NCBI RefSeq assembly: GCF_000143415.4
Contig: NW_003314356.1
Location: 62,001 to 126,000, forward strand
Direction of reading: 5' to 3'
Origin: Selaginella moellendorffii
Lineage: Eukaryota > Plantae > Lycopodiophyta
DNA length: 64,000 nucleotides
Positions 28,580 through 40,261 of the stretch are shown here, piece after piece. How positions within the stretch are numbered: the first letter of the stretch is position 1; each line of letters opens with the position of its first letter. The notes under the pieces are model-generated. The model searched no databases. It worked only from the letters and a program-made list of their open reading frames with translations, and was not told where the DNA came from. The translations under genes were made by a program, and so were the position numbers.

Positions 28580-31500
28580 TCAAGCCTCCTCTGATTCAGA
28601 TTCGGATTGTTCACCTTGAAATAAAATACATTAGAAACTTTGTAAAGGAATATTAATGAATCTCACCTTGAACCCGAGTTATGAATGCTCTTGCTGCATC
28701 TCTTGCATGGTCTGGCAAGGTGATGGTGGCACTCTGCTTCCGCATCCAACCATGCACAACATTATCCACCGATATGCTCATGCTGGGATCCCTTGGATTC
28801 AGCACCCATCTCTTTTCTAGGCAATCCTTCGTATATCCGGAACTTGGCTTGAACCACTCCACAGTTACATTGAAGGAGTTAGTTTCCGCGTCCTCCTCTG
28901 CATCAGTGATGCAGCGCCCCACCCATATCATTTGTTTTTTATTACTAGGTCTGACAAGCACGACCATTCCTTTGCAGACCTGTACTGGATTGAATGCTGA
29001 ATCCGGCTTCTTGTTCCTCGGCCCACAATAGTGATCCTCAACATCGTTATCTGTCATTGCATTTCCAGAGGACATTGTTCCGCTACTATCTGGTGCTCTG
29101 GGTTCTGGCCAAAAGGACTCTTCCAATTCTTCATATACAACCGGCCCATTTTGGATAGCAGATATAATCTTCTCCCAGTATTCGAGCAAAGGCTTGCACC
29201 TCTGAAAATAGGATTCTCCACCAAACACCAACCCCCTCTTCCAGAAGGCAATATGCTGTCTAATCCCGGCCACTATACTTTCCTGGTCTTTGAGTCCATC
29301 CGGGTGCATCGGCCGTGGGGAACCCTGAGGAATCATAGGTTCCCCAGTTATGGGATCTCTCTTGAAGAGTTCAATGCCGTCCACTGGCAGCCACACTGTG
29401 TCCCATTCTCTCATCTTGTACCTCATCACTAGAGCACCGTCACACATGCTGAAATGAAACTGAAGAGGCTTGGAGTGGCCAATCAGCGTTTCGGATCCAT
29501 CCCTGATGTAGCCTCTTACAAACCCCTTAAAGTCTGGAACCTCTGTCAGAAGTGCAGCTTCAACAGTGCCTTTGATGCAATTTTGGAATTCATCGTAGAG
29601 TTGTGGGAGGGTGAGGACATTGGATCGCCGGAGGGACTCTGCCAGGTGACTGAACATGGCATCGACGTCTTCATGAGTGTGCCCAACCATGAGAAAGCCA
29701 AGTGTAACCGTTTCAAATATGCCTTTGGCAACAAGCATCGCCAAGTACGCGAAGACGTACATGTTTTTGTTCTCACTGCCAGCATTGTCTGTTTGGAGCA
29801 GAAAATGGGGTGGAAGGCCACATCGGCCGCAAGAACTTCCTTGAGATTCTGCTTCGTTTGGATGAGGCTGTGCATTCACCGGGCGACCAGCCTCGTCGGA
29901 ATGGCATGAGGCCTCACGTGATAACCCTACAATCTGACGGCCAACATATTCACTGGGATGGCATGGGGCCCCACGCGATACTGCAAGCCTTTGCTCCTCC
30001 TCCAGCTGAACCCTGTATGGGGTTCGATCGACAAGGGCCTTATGCAAGGGTTGGCCGTTCAGCTTAGTCTGCGCACTTTGCAGAGACCTTAAGTGTTTTG
30101 CTAGGGACGCAATCATCATGTTTGCACCCCCGCCACCCCATAGAGGTACAAAGAAGTTCCCATAGTTCTGGGCACCATGCCCATGAGCGATTATGCCAAA
30201 CAGAGACACAGGCAGCTGCATGGATGAAGAGATTGCCTTGGGGGCAGGATTGAGTCGAGGTAAGCACGTCTTTTTCTGGTCCATTTTGTCGTGGATGATG
30301 CAGAGGTAAGAGTCAGGTCTCTCCATGGAGAGAATCCTGTTATGATAATATGCAGTCCTGCAGCTTCTCTGCTCGATGTTGTGGTCGAGCCGCCTTCTAA
30401 CCAACGTCTCTCGCTCTTGAGCGCTGCAAGAATTCTTCGACAAAGCCATTTTGATAGCAGTGCACTCGTCACACTTTGAAAAGCTGGAGTACTTTCCTAT
30501 ACTCACATCCCTGAACCTGTTGCTCCACAATCTACTAAATCTAGATTGGCTCAGCTTCCTGTAGCCATTACTCTGGAGTTCCCGATTCACATCTTCCAAT
30601 ATGGCCCCCTTGGTATACATGGAAGGGAGAACTCGTTGGGTGTCTCGTGTTCCATCTTCCAAGAGGCGGGTTTTATGTGGTTGCTGCTCGTTACATGTCT
30701 CGACAAACCTCTTGAAGATTGCCTCTCCATATACAACATGACCCCTGGTTTTGTGCGTACCGTCGTTCCCATGGACTGCCTGTTGAACCCTTTGTTCCTC
30801 GAACTCAGTTTTGATTCTGTAGAATGTGCTTCGAGGGACTCCATAAATGATTCTCCATGCCTTCATGCAGACCAAACCCCTCTGGAAGACCATGCCCCCC
30901 ACCTGATGTTCTGAAGCATCAACAGATGACCGTAATGCCTCATACACAAAATTGCGAGCTGCCTTCCAGGACAATGTCTTGTATCTTGCTCTCTCCTCTT
31001 CAATAGCATCCCAATCAGCATGTTGACAGCACCTCCTCTTGCAACAAGCAACTGTCGAGACCATTCGAACCTCCATCGCCATTTTCTGCCTTTTCGGTTC
31101 GTTGCTCAGATCCCTTTGGCTGCGCTTTAGGAAGGTGTACTTTCTTTTCCCATGAAGAGATGTTCTGTCATCAGTTGTAGTGGTGTTTGATTGTGAATCC
31201 TTCACATTCTCAAACACTAAGTGCCTCAATTTCCACCGCACAATGCTTCCAATAGTCAGACTGTTTTCTTCTGTGTCAACAACCTCTAAAATCGCAACTC
31301 CAATATCATCCCAGCCCAATTCTTGATTAGCAACCGCATCTCTTGGATCGACAACTGTGGCTAAGCCCTCAGCTACCACCTCCCCCTCGGGGTTGTTTAG
31401 AAACACTTTTGCCTGAATCCATGTAGCACGGTTCTTAAGATCCACGGAGGGAACATGCGTCGCACTTGCGCTGTCCCCAACATCTGCTTTCTTCTGAAGA

Positions 31501-31721
31501 TTTTTCAAGGCAACAACAACATTTACCCCGACGACCATCTCTCCTCGTTCAATAGCGACCACATTCCCATCGAAGACAGTCTCTACTGATACAGCAGCAT
31601 TGCCTTCCCCAAGCCTTTCACAGTGTATAATAAAGTTTTGATCCATAGACACAAGGGTCCCTTTTGCAACTCTCTTCCCACCATTCAAAATGTAAACCTT
31701 TTCCCCAACCCTGAAGGCCAT
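28580..31721 (-). CDS. Sola-like DDD transposase (DUF7869-type), ~1,030 aa; predicted exons 31721-28667 and 28614-28580
   Basis: Uninterrupted 1022-aa ORF with CCxxxC, VCMKAW...YGV, HGN, CDEC...H, HDKMDQ, LQTDNAGSENKN and FLMVGHTHEDVD. A 52-nt GT-AG intron (28666-28615) gives a last exon GEQSESESEEA*; without splicing the ORF stops at 28653. Confidence 0.88.
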
Positions 31722-32586
31722 TCTGAAAGTGCAGAAAAGAAGTTAAGACCATACAAAAAATGATTGGAGAATGGCCTAAATCATAACATACCAAACAACC
31801 TCAATAGCATGAGGCCACATGCCATTATTCAAACATGCTATTGACACCCACGTGAAATTTCGCATTCACAAAATTGGCATGAGGCCTCATGCCATCTTGA
31901 TATACACACAGCTGCAGGCAAGTAAAAACATACATGACAATACGCTAGCCATGAAATTGCAAGGGCCCAAGATGGCATGTGGCCTCATGCCATTTCTAAA
32001 TGTGGTCCTAAGCCATTCCATGGTGAACATACCAGGAAGCACAAGTGCCGAATATCAAGAGGAAGCGGTAGCCACACCAAAGACAGTGCCGCTCGCAACA
32101 CCGCAACTACTCGTAGCGCCGCTCGCAACACCGCAACTGCTCGTAGCGCCGCTCGCACAAACTGCCACTCGCATAAACTGCCGCTCGCAATGGCGCTCGC
32201 AATGCCGCAACCGCTCGTAGACGCATAAACCACAGCCCACAACGCCGCTTACACAAGCAGCGCTCACTGCGCTCAGCGGAACCAAGAACACGGCGCACAA
32301 AAATGATAGACCTAGGAATGAGTTCGAGAATTCAAAAATAACACACGCTTGAACGTCACATCAAATCCTCTGACAAACCAGATCTTATGATTCCTCTGAC
32401 AAATTTCAAACTGAGTAGCTTCTAGACTTTGCTGTCGGAGGTTGAACTTTGTCACATCATGTCCTTGCCTCGATCCAGCTGTGCCATGTCAGTGATTCGA
32501 ACTTTGCCATGCCATGTCAGCGATCCGCGCCAAGATTATTCGCCGTGTAAAGGAATAATTACGCTGTGTGTGTACGTCCATTTATG

Positions 32587-33960
32587 GCAATATAAGGCCA
32601 CACGCCATTCAAAGAATAATGCTCGACATAAGGCCACACGCCATTCAAAGAATAATGCTAGTCGAGCATTTTTTGGTGCATTTTTGGGTTCAAAATTGCA
32701 TGAGCCCACACGCTATAAAGTTTACCTGTACCAAAAATAGAAACAGCTTTATTTACTTGGGAATTTAAGTGGTTGAGGCATTTTTAAACTTACAAACACA
32801 TGCCCTACTTACATTCCTTTGGTTGCCTAAAATTCAAAAATATTATAAACCTTTCTTTTTGCATTTTCAATGTTTTCAATTATGGTTTTTGATTTTCGTA
32901 GGACCAGCCTAGTAATCTATTTGCATCCCGTCATGTTTATAGCTAGCTTTCGTTCGTCCCCTTCGCTAGCCTGAGATACATCTGCTCGGCATCTGCCTCT
33001 TACAGCATTTGCCCAGAAAGGGCATCTTTCTTCACGCAGCATTTGCCACATGTTTAGGGTTTAGGGTTTAGGGTTTAGGGTTTAACAATTCAGTAGCTTG
33101 ATAAACATGCAAATACAGAACTTGATGCAAAATCCTTTGATATGTCACAATGCCCCTAGGACCATAAACACATTTCAATAGAGAGGGTCCTTTCATTTCA
33201 TAACTCCTTACGTAGATCTTGGTGAAACCAGAGTTAGTGAAGTTAGTTTCTTGTGATCCCGCATCTGATTGTGATGTCCCTTTGCAGTTTCGATGGAAAG
33301 GTCAATGCACACCAAACTGTGAAATCTTGGAGCAAAATAACGGTCGGATCTATGGCAAATGCCCCTGAAACATTGTAAGGCTCGTGTGGTCTCATGTGGT
33401 GTCCGATTGAGATGCTTCTTTGCAGGGTCATCAAGAAAGACATTGTATACCATTCTGTAAAATCTAGTTGCGATCTAACGGTTGGATCTCCAGAAAACTC
33501 AAAAAAATCTCGCGCGTGTCAGAATATCCTAGGAATATACTCCTATGTGCCCCTGAAAATGGCATGCGGCCCCACGCCATTCAAGAGATAATGCCAGATG
33601 ACGCCGAGAATTTTTTGGTGCATTTTTTGGGTTCAAAATTGCATGAGCCCACACGCTATAAAGTTTATCTTTGCCAAATAGAGAAAAGTTTATCTGTGTC
33701 ATGTGAGGTAGTTACAGTCCTTTGTGCTCGGCATCTGCCTCTTGCAGCATTTGCACTGAAAGGGAATTTTTCTCCATTCAGCATTTGGCCCTGAAAATGG
33801 CATGCGCCCACACGCCATTCAAGGAATAATGCCACAGGACGCCTGGATTTTTGGGTTTAAAATGTTTAGGGTTTTTTGGGTTTTTTCAAAATATTTTGGG
33901 TCCAACGTTTTTTGGGTTTCTTTGGTTCAAAATTGCATGAGCCCACACGCTATAATATTG
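32587..33960 (+). repeat. Three copies of a ~100-150-bp unit in the divergent promoter region, each with a palindrome pair
   Basis: CACGCCATTCAA..ATAATGC...TTCAAAATTGCATGAGCCCACACGCTATAA at ~32623-32720, ~33559-33665 and ~33797-33956. Confidence 0.85.
33053..33084 (+). repeat. Interstitial plant telomere repeat (TTTAGGG)4 inside the DNA transposon
   Basis: Four perfect TTTAGGG units plus TTTA. Confidence 0.95.
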
Positions 33961-34685
33961 ATTTGAGAGAAAAATAGAAACAGATAGAATTTCTTTATTT
34001 AGCTGAACATCTGCCATTTTTGGAAATACAAGATGCTTTGGAATATCCAATCATGCATGGTATAAATATAGCGAGGGTATTAAATGATATCCCAATCATG
34101 ATCTTTCTTTTGGATTTCGCGTGCATGCAGTCCGAGGAATGATGACGTTGCGGATTTCTTTTGGATTTTGCGTGCTTGCATGCGCGCGGCAATCCAGAAA
34201 TTAATGGTGGCGCCCAAGTCCGAGGAATGATGACGTGGCGGGATTACCAACCGTTGTGACATTTCGCGCGTGTGAGGTTAGGTTTTGCATTTTGCTTTGT
34301 ACTCGCGCTCGCATCACACTCGCGCTCCCACTCGCATCACACTCGCGCTCCCGCTCGCATCGCGCTCCCACTCGCGATCACGCTCACTTCTCTACAGGTT
34401 TCTCGTGTGCATCGGCATCCACTCGCGCTTGCATCACACTCGCGCTCGCATCGCGCTCGTGTGCATCGGCGTCCACTTCAAGACACACCCAGTTTGTAAC
34501 TTCGCCGCCAACTCCGCCGCCCACTCCACCACCCACACGCAGCCCACTTGGCGTCCCGGGAGATTTCAGCACCACTCTCCAACTGTAAATGGCAGAGTAG
34601 CCTTGCTGCTACGATCCGCTGCACACACAGTGCACATTCGCCAGCGAGTCCGGCCTCGATTGTCACGGCCTCCATTCGGCTTCAA

Positions 34686-37600
34686 ATGGTAAGTCTTTTA
34701 GACGAAGTAGAAAATGGCATGAGGCCACATGCCATTCAGTAGCAACATTGGCATGCACCGATTGGGCTCTCGAGTGCAGTCCGGTTACAGATGGCGTGTA
34801 GCCTCACGCCATCTTAGGATGCAGCCTCAAGACATCTGATGCAGTGGTGAATGGCGTGTGGCCTCACGTTATTTCCAGCTGCTAGCTTTTCATCTGTTAG
34901 CTCTAATTGTTGTGCATTTTTGAACAGGCGAGGAATTGCGTTCTTCTTCCAGCCACTGTCAATGTGGATGCAGAGAAGGGGGAGGAGCTCACCAGTTGGA
35001 CTTTCGGGATGGAAGGCGAGGATTTGATGCTGTACAACACAGATGGTGGGAGAAAAGAATGCATGGGGATCCTCATCCAAGTGACAGACACTCCATGCAG
35101 TTCCATGCAAGAATATGGACTGGCACTTGTGGTAGAGACAGCGTCCGCCTTCAAGATCCACCTTGCACATCCTAGCGGCTTCCCGGAGGGGGGCAGCGGC
35201 TATGAGGAATTCCTAGAGGGAGCTAGGGAGAGGTTGTCCAGGAGGCCCACAATTTCAAAGACGCTGCGGGTCTATGAAGATCACATGGAATCCACGGACC
35301 TCACCTACGGCGATGTTCAAAAACTATATTCCAACATTGAGCCGTTGAGAGTGCCTCCAGTTTGCGAAGCGAAGGGGAAGGGGGTCGATCTGGAAACTAC
35401 CCCGAAGCAGAAAAGGGTGGTCAAGCTCAAGCCGACGTCCGACTCTGCTGCTCCAAAAAAGAAGCTACTCGGTGATGCCATTGCCTCGGGTTCGAACACT
35501 ACACCCACCAAAAAGAAGAGCCGCAAAGAGCAGAAAGAGCAAGAAGAGGCAGCAAAAATCGTCGCAGATAATAGTACTTGTTACTATTCCAACAAAGTAT
35601 ATACAATCGACGTGAGCCGTATCGAGATCCAAAGCAAATACAACCACAGGCTAGTATCTGATGAGTGGGTGGAGAAACTGAAGCAGAAGATGCTGGCAAG
35701 TCCAGTAACACCCGACATCGCAGACGTGATCCCCTACTACCGAACAATGAAGGGCGAGACGAGGTTTCCAGACTTGATCAATAGGAAGGTGTTGGACGAT
35801 CAGAACATCCGGTTCTATGCCGTCTCCGGGCAGCATTCTAGCTTGGCGATGCAACAGATAGTTGTGGATATTATGGTGGGCGAGGAGGTGAAGAAAGTCT
35901 TCAAGACAAGAGTTGTCCGCCTGATAAAAGGCAACTCGCCCCTCCGATCTATCATATACATCTCCCACGCGCAGAATGTCAAGCAAGAAACGTGCTACAA
36001 ATTGGGTCTGCACGAGACATTGGCACGAACACGGAAGCTCTGGGTTCAACTGAAGAAGCCACAAAAACCAGGACAAGGACGTGCACTAGCAACTAGCGCC
36101 TGGCAGGTAAGCCTCGTTGCATGTGGCATAGCATGTGGCCTCACGCCATTTCCATTGCAGGAATTCTCGAGTCTTCTCTCGAAAACACTGGGGGTCAATG
36201 ACACACTCAGCATCCATAACATTCTACTCGCGACAAAAGTTGTTTTTGACAAATGGGTAGATGTGCTAAGGAGGTACCATGACGGGGAGTTGCTAAACTC
36301 AATGGGTGTGGAGGACGGCCGGAAGCCCAATGATTTGAAGCTCAACGCCTTGCGTTTCTCGCGGTCTCTAGACGACGACGACCTTCTGACAGTGGCTAAT
36401 GCTCTTCTACTTGGTGAGGTAGTCTTCAACAAGACCAAAATGACTCCCGGCCATATTGTGACATACGAGGACTTGTGCACGACTCTGAGAGCTCGTGCGC
36501 TATTGAAGGATTGGATCTTCGAGCAAGTGGCCGTGGCGAGGGTGAGCATCGACACCACGCAAGAGATGATGGAAGAGCTGGACTTGTCAAATGAAGACAT
36601 CGACGAGAACGTGAAGGGGGCCCCCAAGTTCATCGATCTGCTGCGGGATGCCACGAAAAGTAAAGCTGAGAAGTTGGATCAGTATCCAAATTTCATTAAG
36701 AGGGATGTCGACCGCCGGCTTCAGAAACAGCTCGACCCCGCAGCAGAGGCCTATCGAGAACCTTACCGGGTATACGTGAATTCGGATGAGGATCAAAGGT
36801 GGAGGAGCATCGTTTCCCGCGGAGATGAGCAGGTCAAGAACATCTTTTGTGTGATGGACTTCACAAACGAGGAGATCACTCATGCAGACGAAGTCAGCTC
36901 CATCATTGACTTAATGGTGGGACTTGCGGAGGTGGAATCTTCAGTCCACTATATGATCTACGACTCCGAATCCTATCACAAGTTCTGGAAGGCCTTGAAC
37001 GAGGTGAAGGCTCGGTTGAAAGGCAAGGAGATGCGGGAGATCCATGGGATAATGGCTAAGAAGAAGATACCGACGAATGTCCGCATCTTCACAGTCGCCC
37101 TTGTTATTGGTCTTGCAGCAGAGTGGGACTGGAGTGACTTCCCAGCTTCGTTCAACAAAGCCGATCGAATTGATCTGAGGGAGGTCAATTTACCCGTGCC
37201 TGAGGAACTGAAGACGGCTATGGAGCTTTCGAATCCAAAGAAAGCTCCAGGTGCAGCATGGGAAATGCTCAGCTGGGTCTTCAACGCAATAGCGGGTGAC
37301 TCCAAGGGCAAATGCGTTGTCGAGTACAACTGCGGCGGACTATTCTTTCGAGCCGCACTACTCAAGGGTGTCCCGTGTGTTGCGGTGACAAACTCCATTG
37401 AAGAGGTGACTTCAATGGAGCATATAATTACAGTTGCCAAAGAAAAACAGTATCTTCTCTACGAACCTGGTGAGTACGCACTTTAAGTTTAAATGTTATC
37501 TCACAAGCTCTGTATGCAGGAGCGTGGCCACCCCCAGATGCTGAAACGGCGTTAACAGCTACTGATGTTAGGCCGAGGTCACAACCTGCACAAGGTAAGG

Positions 37601-40261
37601 TCACGTGAGGCCTCACGCCATTTTGATTATAGATCGTTGTGAATATTCAGACACGAGGACTGAAAAGCGCACTGGTGGCGCGTCGAAGAAGGACAAACAG
37701 ACAAGCAATAGGAAAAAAGGAGGTACAAATTATATTTGCAATGGCGTGTGGTCTCATGCCATTCCTTGCAGGAGACACTTCTTCAAAGGCAAAACAAGCA
37801 AGCACCAGCCAAGCTCAAATTGACAGTGGTCATAAAAAGCGAAAGCACGTTGGACAGTCGTCGGGATCAGAGGCGTTTGATTCGAAAAGGAAGAAGGGCA
37901 ACGAAAAGATGATAGGTAATGCCTCGCGGTTATGGCGTGTGTGCTCATGCCATTCATTGCAGATCAAGGGCTGAGTGAAAGGAGCCAGTCACCACCTTCT
38001 AACTCAGATTCCTATGGCGGACTCCCCTTCCCCAATCTCAATGGAGAGGTACAATGGATGAGGGATGCTTTTCAAGTCAGGGCCACGTTTTTCTCATCTC
38101 GTCGTCTTCGAAGGGTGCAAGAACGTGCAGAAACCATGTTAAGACAGTCGGGTGAGGATACGGTCCTAGGTCACGCACTAAAACAGGCTATGGATGTCTT
38201 GTATTTTGAGATGGAGACTTGGCCAGATGATTTTTCCAAGATGGTCCTGGAAAAACAAGCAATCCAGCCTGAGCAGCCTATGGAAGAAATGCAAGAGGGG
38301 GATGAGGAGCCAGAGAAAGATAATGAGCAGGAAGAGCAGAAGGACGAAGAGGAGGACGAAGAAGAGGAGGACGAAGAGGACTTGGATGGTCCTCACAATG
38401 GTGACGATCACAATAACGACGATGACGATGATGACGATGATGGCCAGCCTGAGGTGGCCAAAGAGCAGCGGAGGAAGGTCATACAAGACAAACCATCAGG
38501 TAAATAATAGTACATCCATTCCTAACCTTTTACCATTTCTAACATTGTCCATGTAGGTCGCAGAAGAAATGGTAAGTAGAGATTATTCAGTTGAATTAAG
38601 ATACAAACTCTAGCCTTTAGTGTCGAGGAAGGATAGTGCCAAGCAAGGGTCGAAACGTATGTCCAATCCTTCAGAATCAGCAGTGCGCCCAAGTGATATC
38701 GGTCCTAGTTCCTCAATAGCAGTTGATGGTAAATACAGTATAGTCGATTCAATGTGCTAATGAGTTTGTTTTTAGTAGCACGGGAGGATACCATCTCAAT
38801 CGAAGGGAGATATTTGGACATGCATATGGATCCGCCAGTGGACTCTACTTGCCTACAAGAGTCATCAGAGCTGGTGGAGGCTACTATCCATATCAACGCC
38901 AAGCAAGCTGACCACGCTCCACTTGATGCTGCCCATACCACTGAGTCAATCTTGTCCACGTATCCAACTGACGGTGACCAGGCGCCATTGGACCCGCATG
39001 AGGCCGCCCCAGCCGCCGAGCCGGTCGTATCCTCATTTCCAACGTGTGCCCAATCGTCTGACTACGCGCCGTTGGAACCTCCCTACACCGCCCCTGCTGC
39101 CTGTTCGGTCATGTCCACTTTGCCAACGGAGGCACCAGCTGAAATGGCGTGTGATCACACGCCATCGGAACCACCCCATGCCACTGTTGAGCCAGTTGTA
39201 CCAGAGTCTACAGCTGAAATGGCATGTGCCCACACGCCATCGGATGCAATTGACCCCACATTGCAGAGGAGAGTATTTCCGCCCTTCACGTTTCCTCGAC
39301 CAAAACCCTCTGAACGACCATCGGGAGCACCATTCGCTAATATTGTAGATGGTAAAATTGACTTGTACCATTTTTTATGCTAACGCATTTCATTTCAGAG
39401 TCACGGCGAAAGTACTGTATCGTTTTTGATCTGAACGGTGTCCTTTTCTCCCATGAGCGTGGCTCGTCCTCGAATGTCACTGCACCCTCCAAAGCCTGCG
39501 GTCGCAAGTTGGTCAAAAGAGACAGATTCACATTAATCACACGGGAGAAACTGCGGGATCTAATAATGACCATGCGACACTTAAAACAGAGGGCCGGGTT
39601 CAATTTGCAATTGGGAGTTTGGACATCCATGATGCGCCACAATGCATTAACATTGCTACAGATGATGCACGATCAGACGCGAGTAATATTACCATTTGAC
39701 TTTCTCCTAACGCAGGAGGATTGCTTGACTATGGTCCATGTGAGGGGTAGCAAGCCCATCTTTGTCAAGGCAGAGGCTGTAGTGATGAACCGGACTGCTA
39801 GGTCAAGTGAAATCCTCATCATCGATGACTCGCCGATTAAAACTGCAGCGAACACGCACACATATGCAGTGCACCCCATCTCTTGCAGTATGGAAACTAG
39901 GGAGAAGAAACCGTATGTTCTGGGGGACCTTGCAAAACGGCTTGAAGCGATGGTGATAGAGAACCGGCCAGTCCAGGAGGTGGCTGCAGAAATTAACCAA
40001 ATGGCAGATGGAACGGTATATCAGAAGCCATTTGATCGGACAGACACCAGTCATCATTTATGGCATGTATATTGTCTAGCCAAGCACTATCCGCATCTCC
40101 ATAATCTGCTCAACCGGATGGGTTCTTCGACCACTGAACATGAGCGTGGACGTATTAGAGAAGAGATGGCATTACTATTGGGTTTAAATCCTGATAGTGT
40201 GGAGAGTGATGAAATTCCAAGATTATTGTATAGGCGTTGGAGGCAAAAAATAACAGTCTGA
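34686..40261 (+). CDS. Predicted 11-exon accessory protein (~1,626 aa): ParB/Srx-like domain + degenerate N6/N4-MTase-like fold + basic/acidic linkers + FCP1-like HAD phosphatase
   Basis: Exons 34686-34688, 34928-36106, 36161-37469, 37520-37594, 37651-37722, 37772-37915, 37963-38499, 38557-38571, 38621-38728, 38776-39351, 39399-40261. All introns GT-AG (239 nt, then 47-57 nt); phases compatible; 4,881 nt with no internal stop. The first exon and two acceptors (37632 vs 37650, 38775 vs 38778) are uncertain. Confidence 0.78.

Noticed and set aside
33053-33084. True chromosome end or fusion point
   Set aside because: Only four units, one orientation, inside a TIR/TSD-bounded element.
36046-37440. 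Antisense ORFs opposite the accessory gene, transposase and pol genes
   Set aside because: Shadow frames of real coding sequence with no independent motifs.
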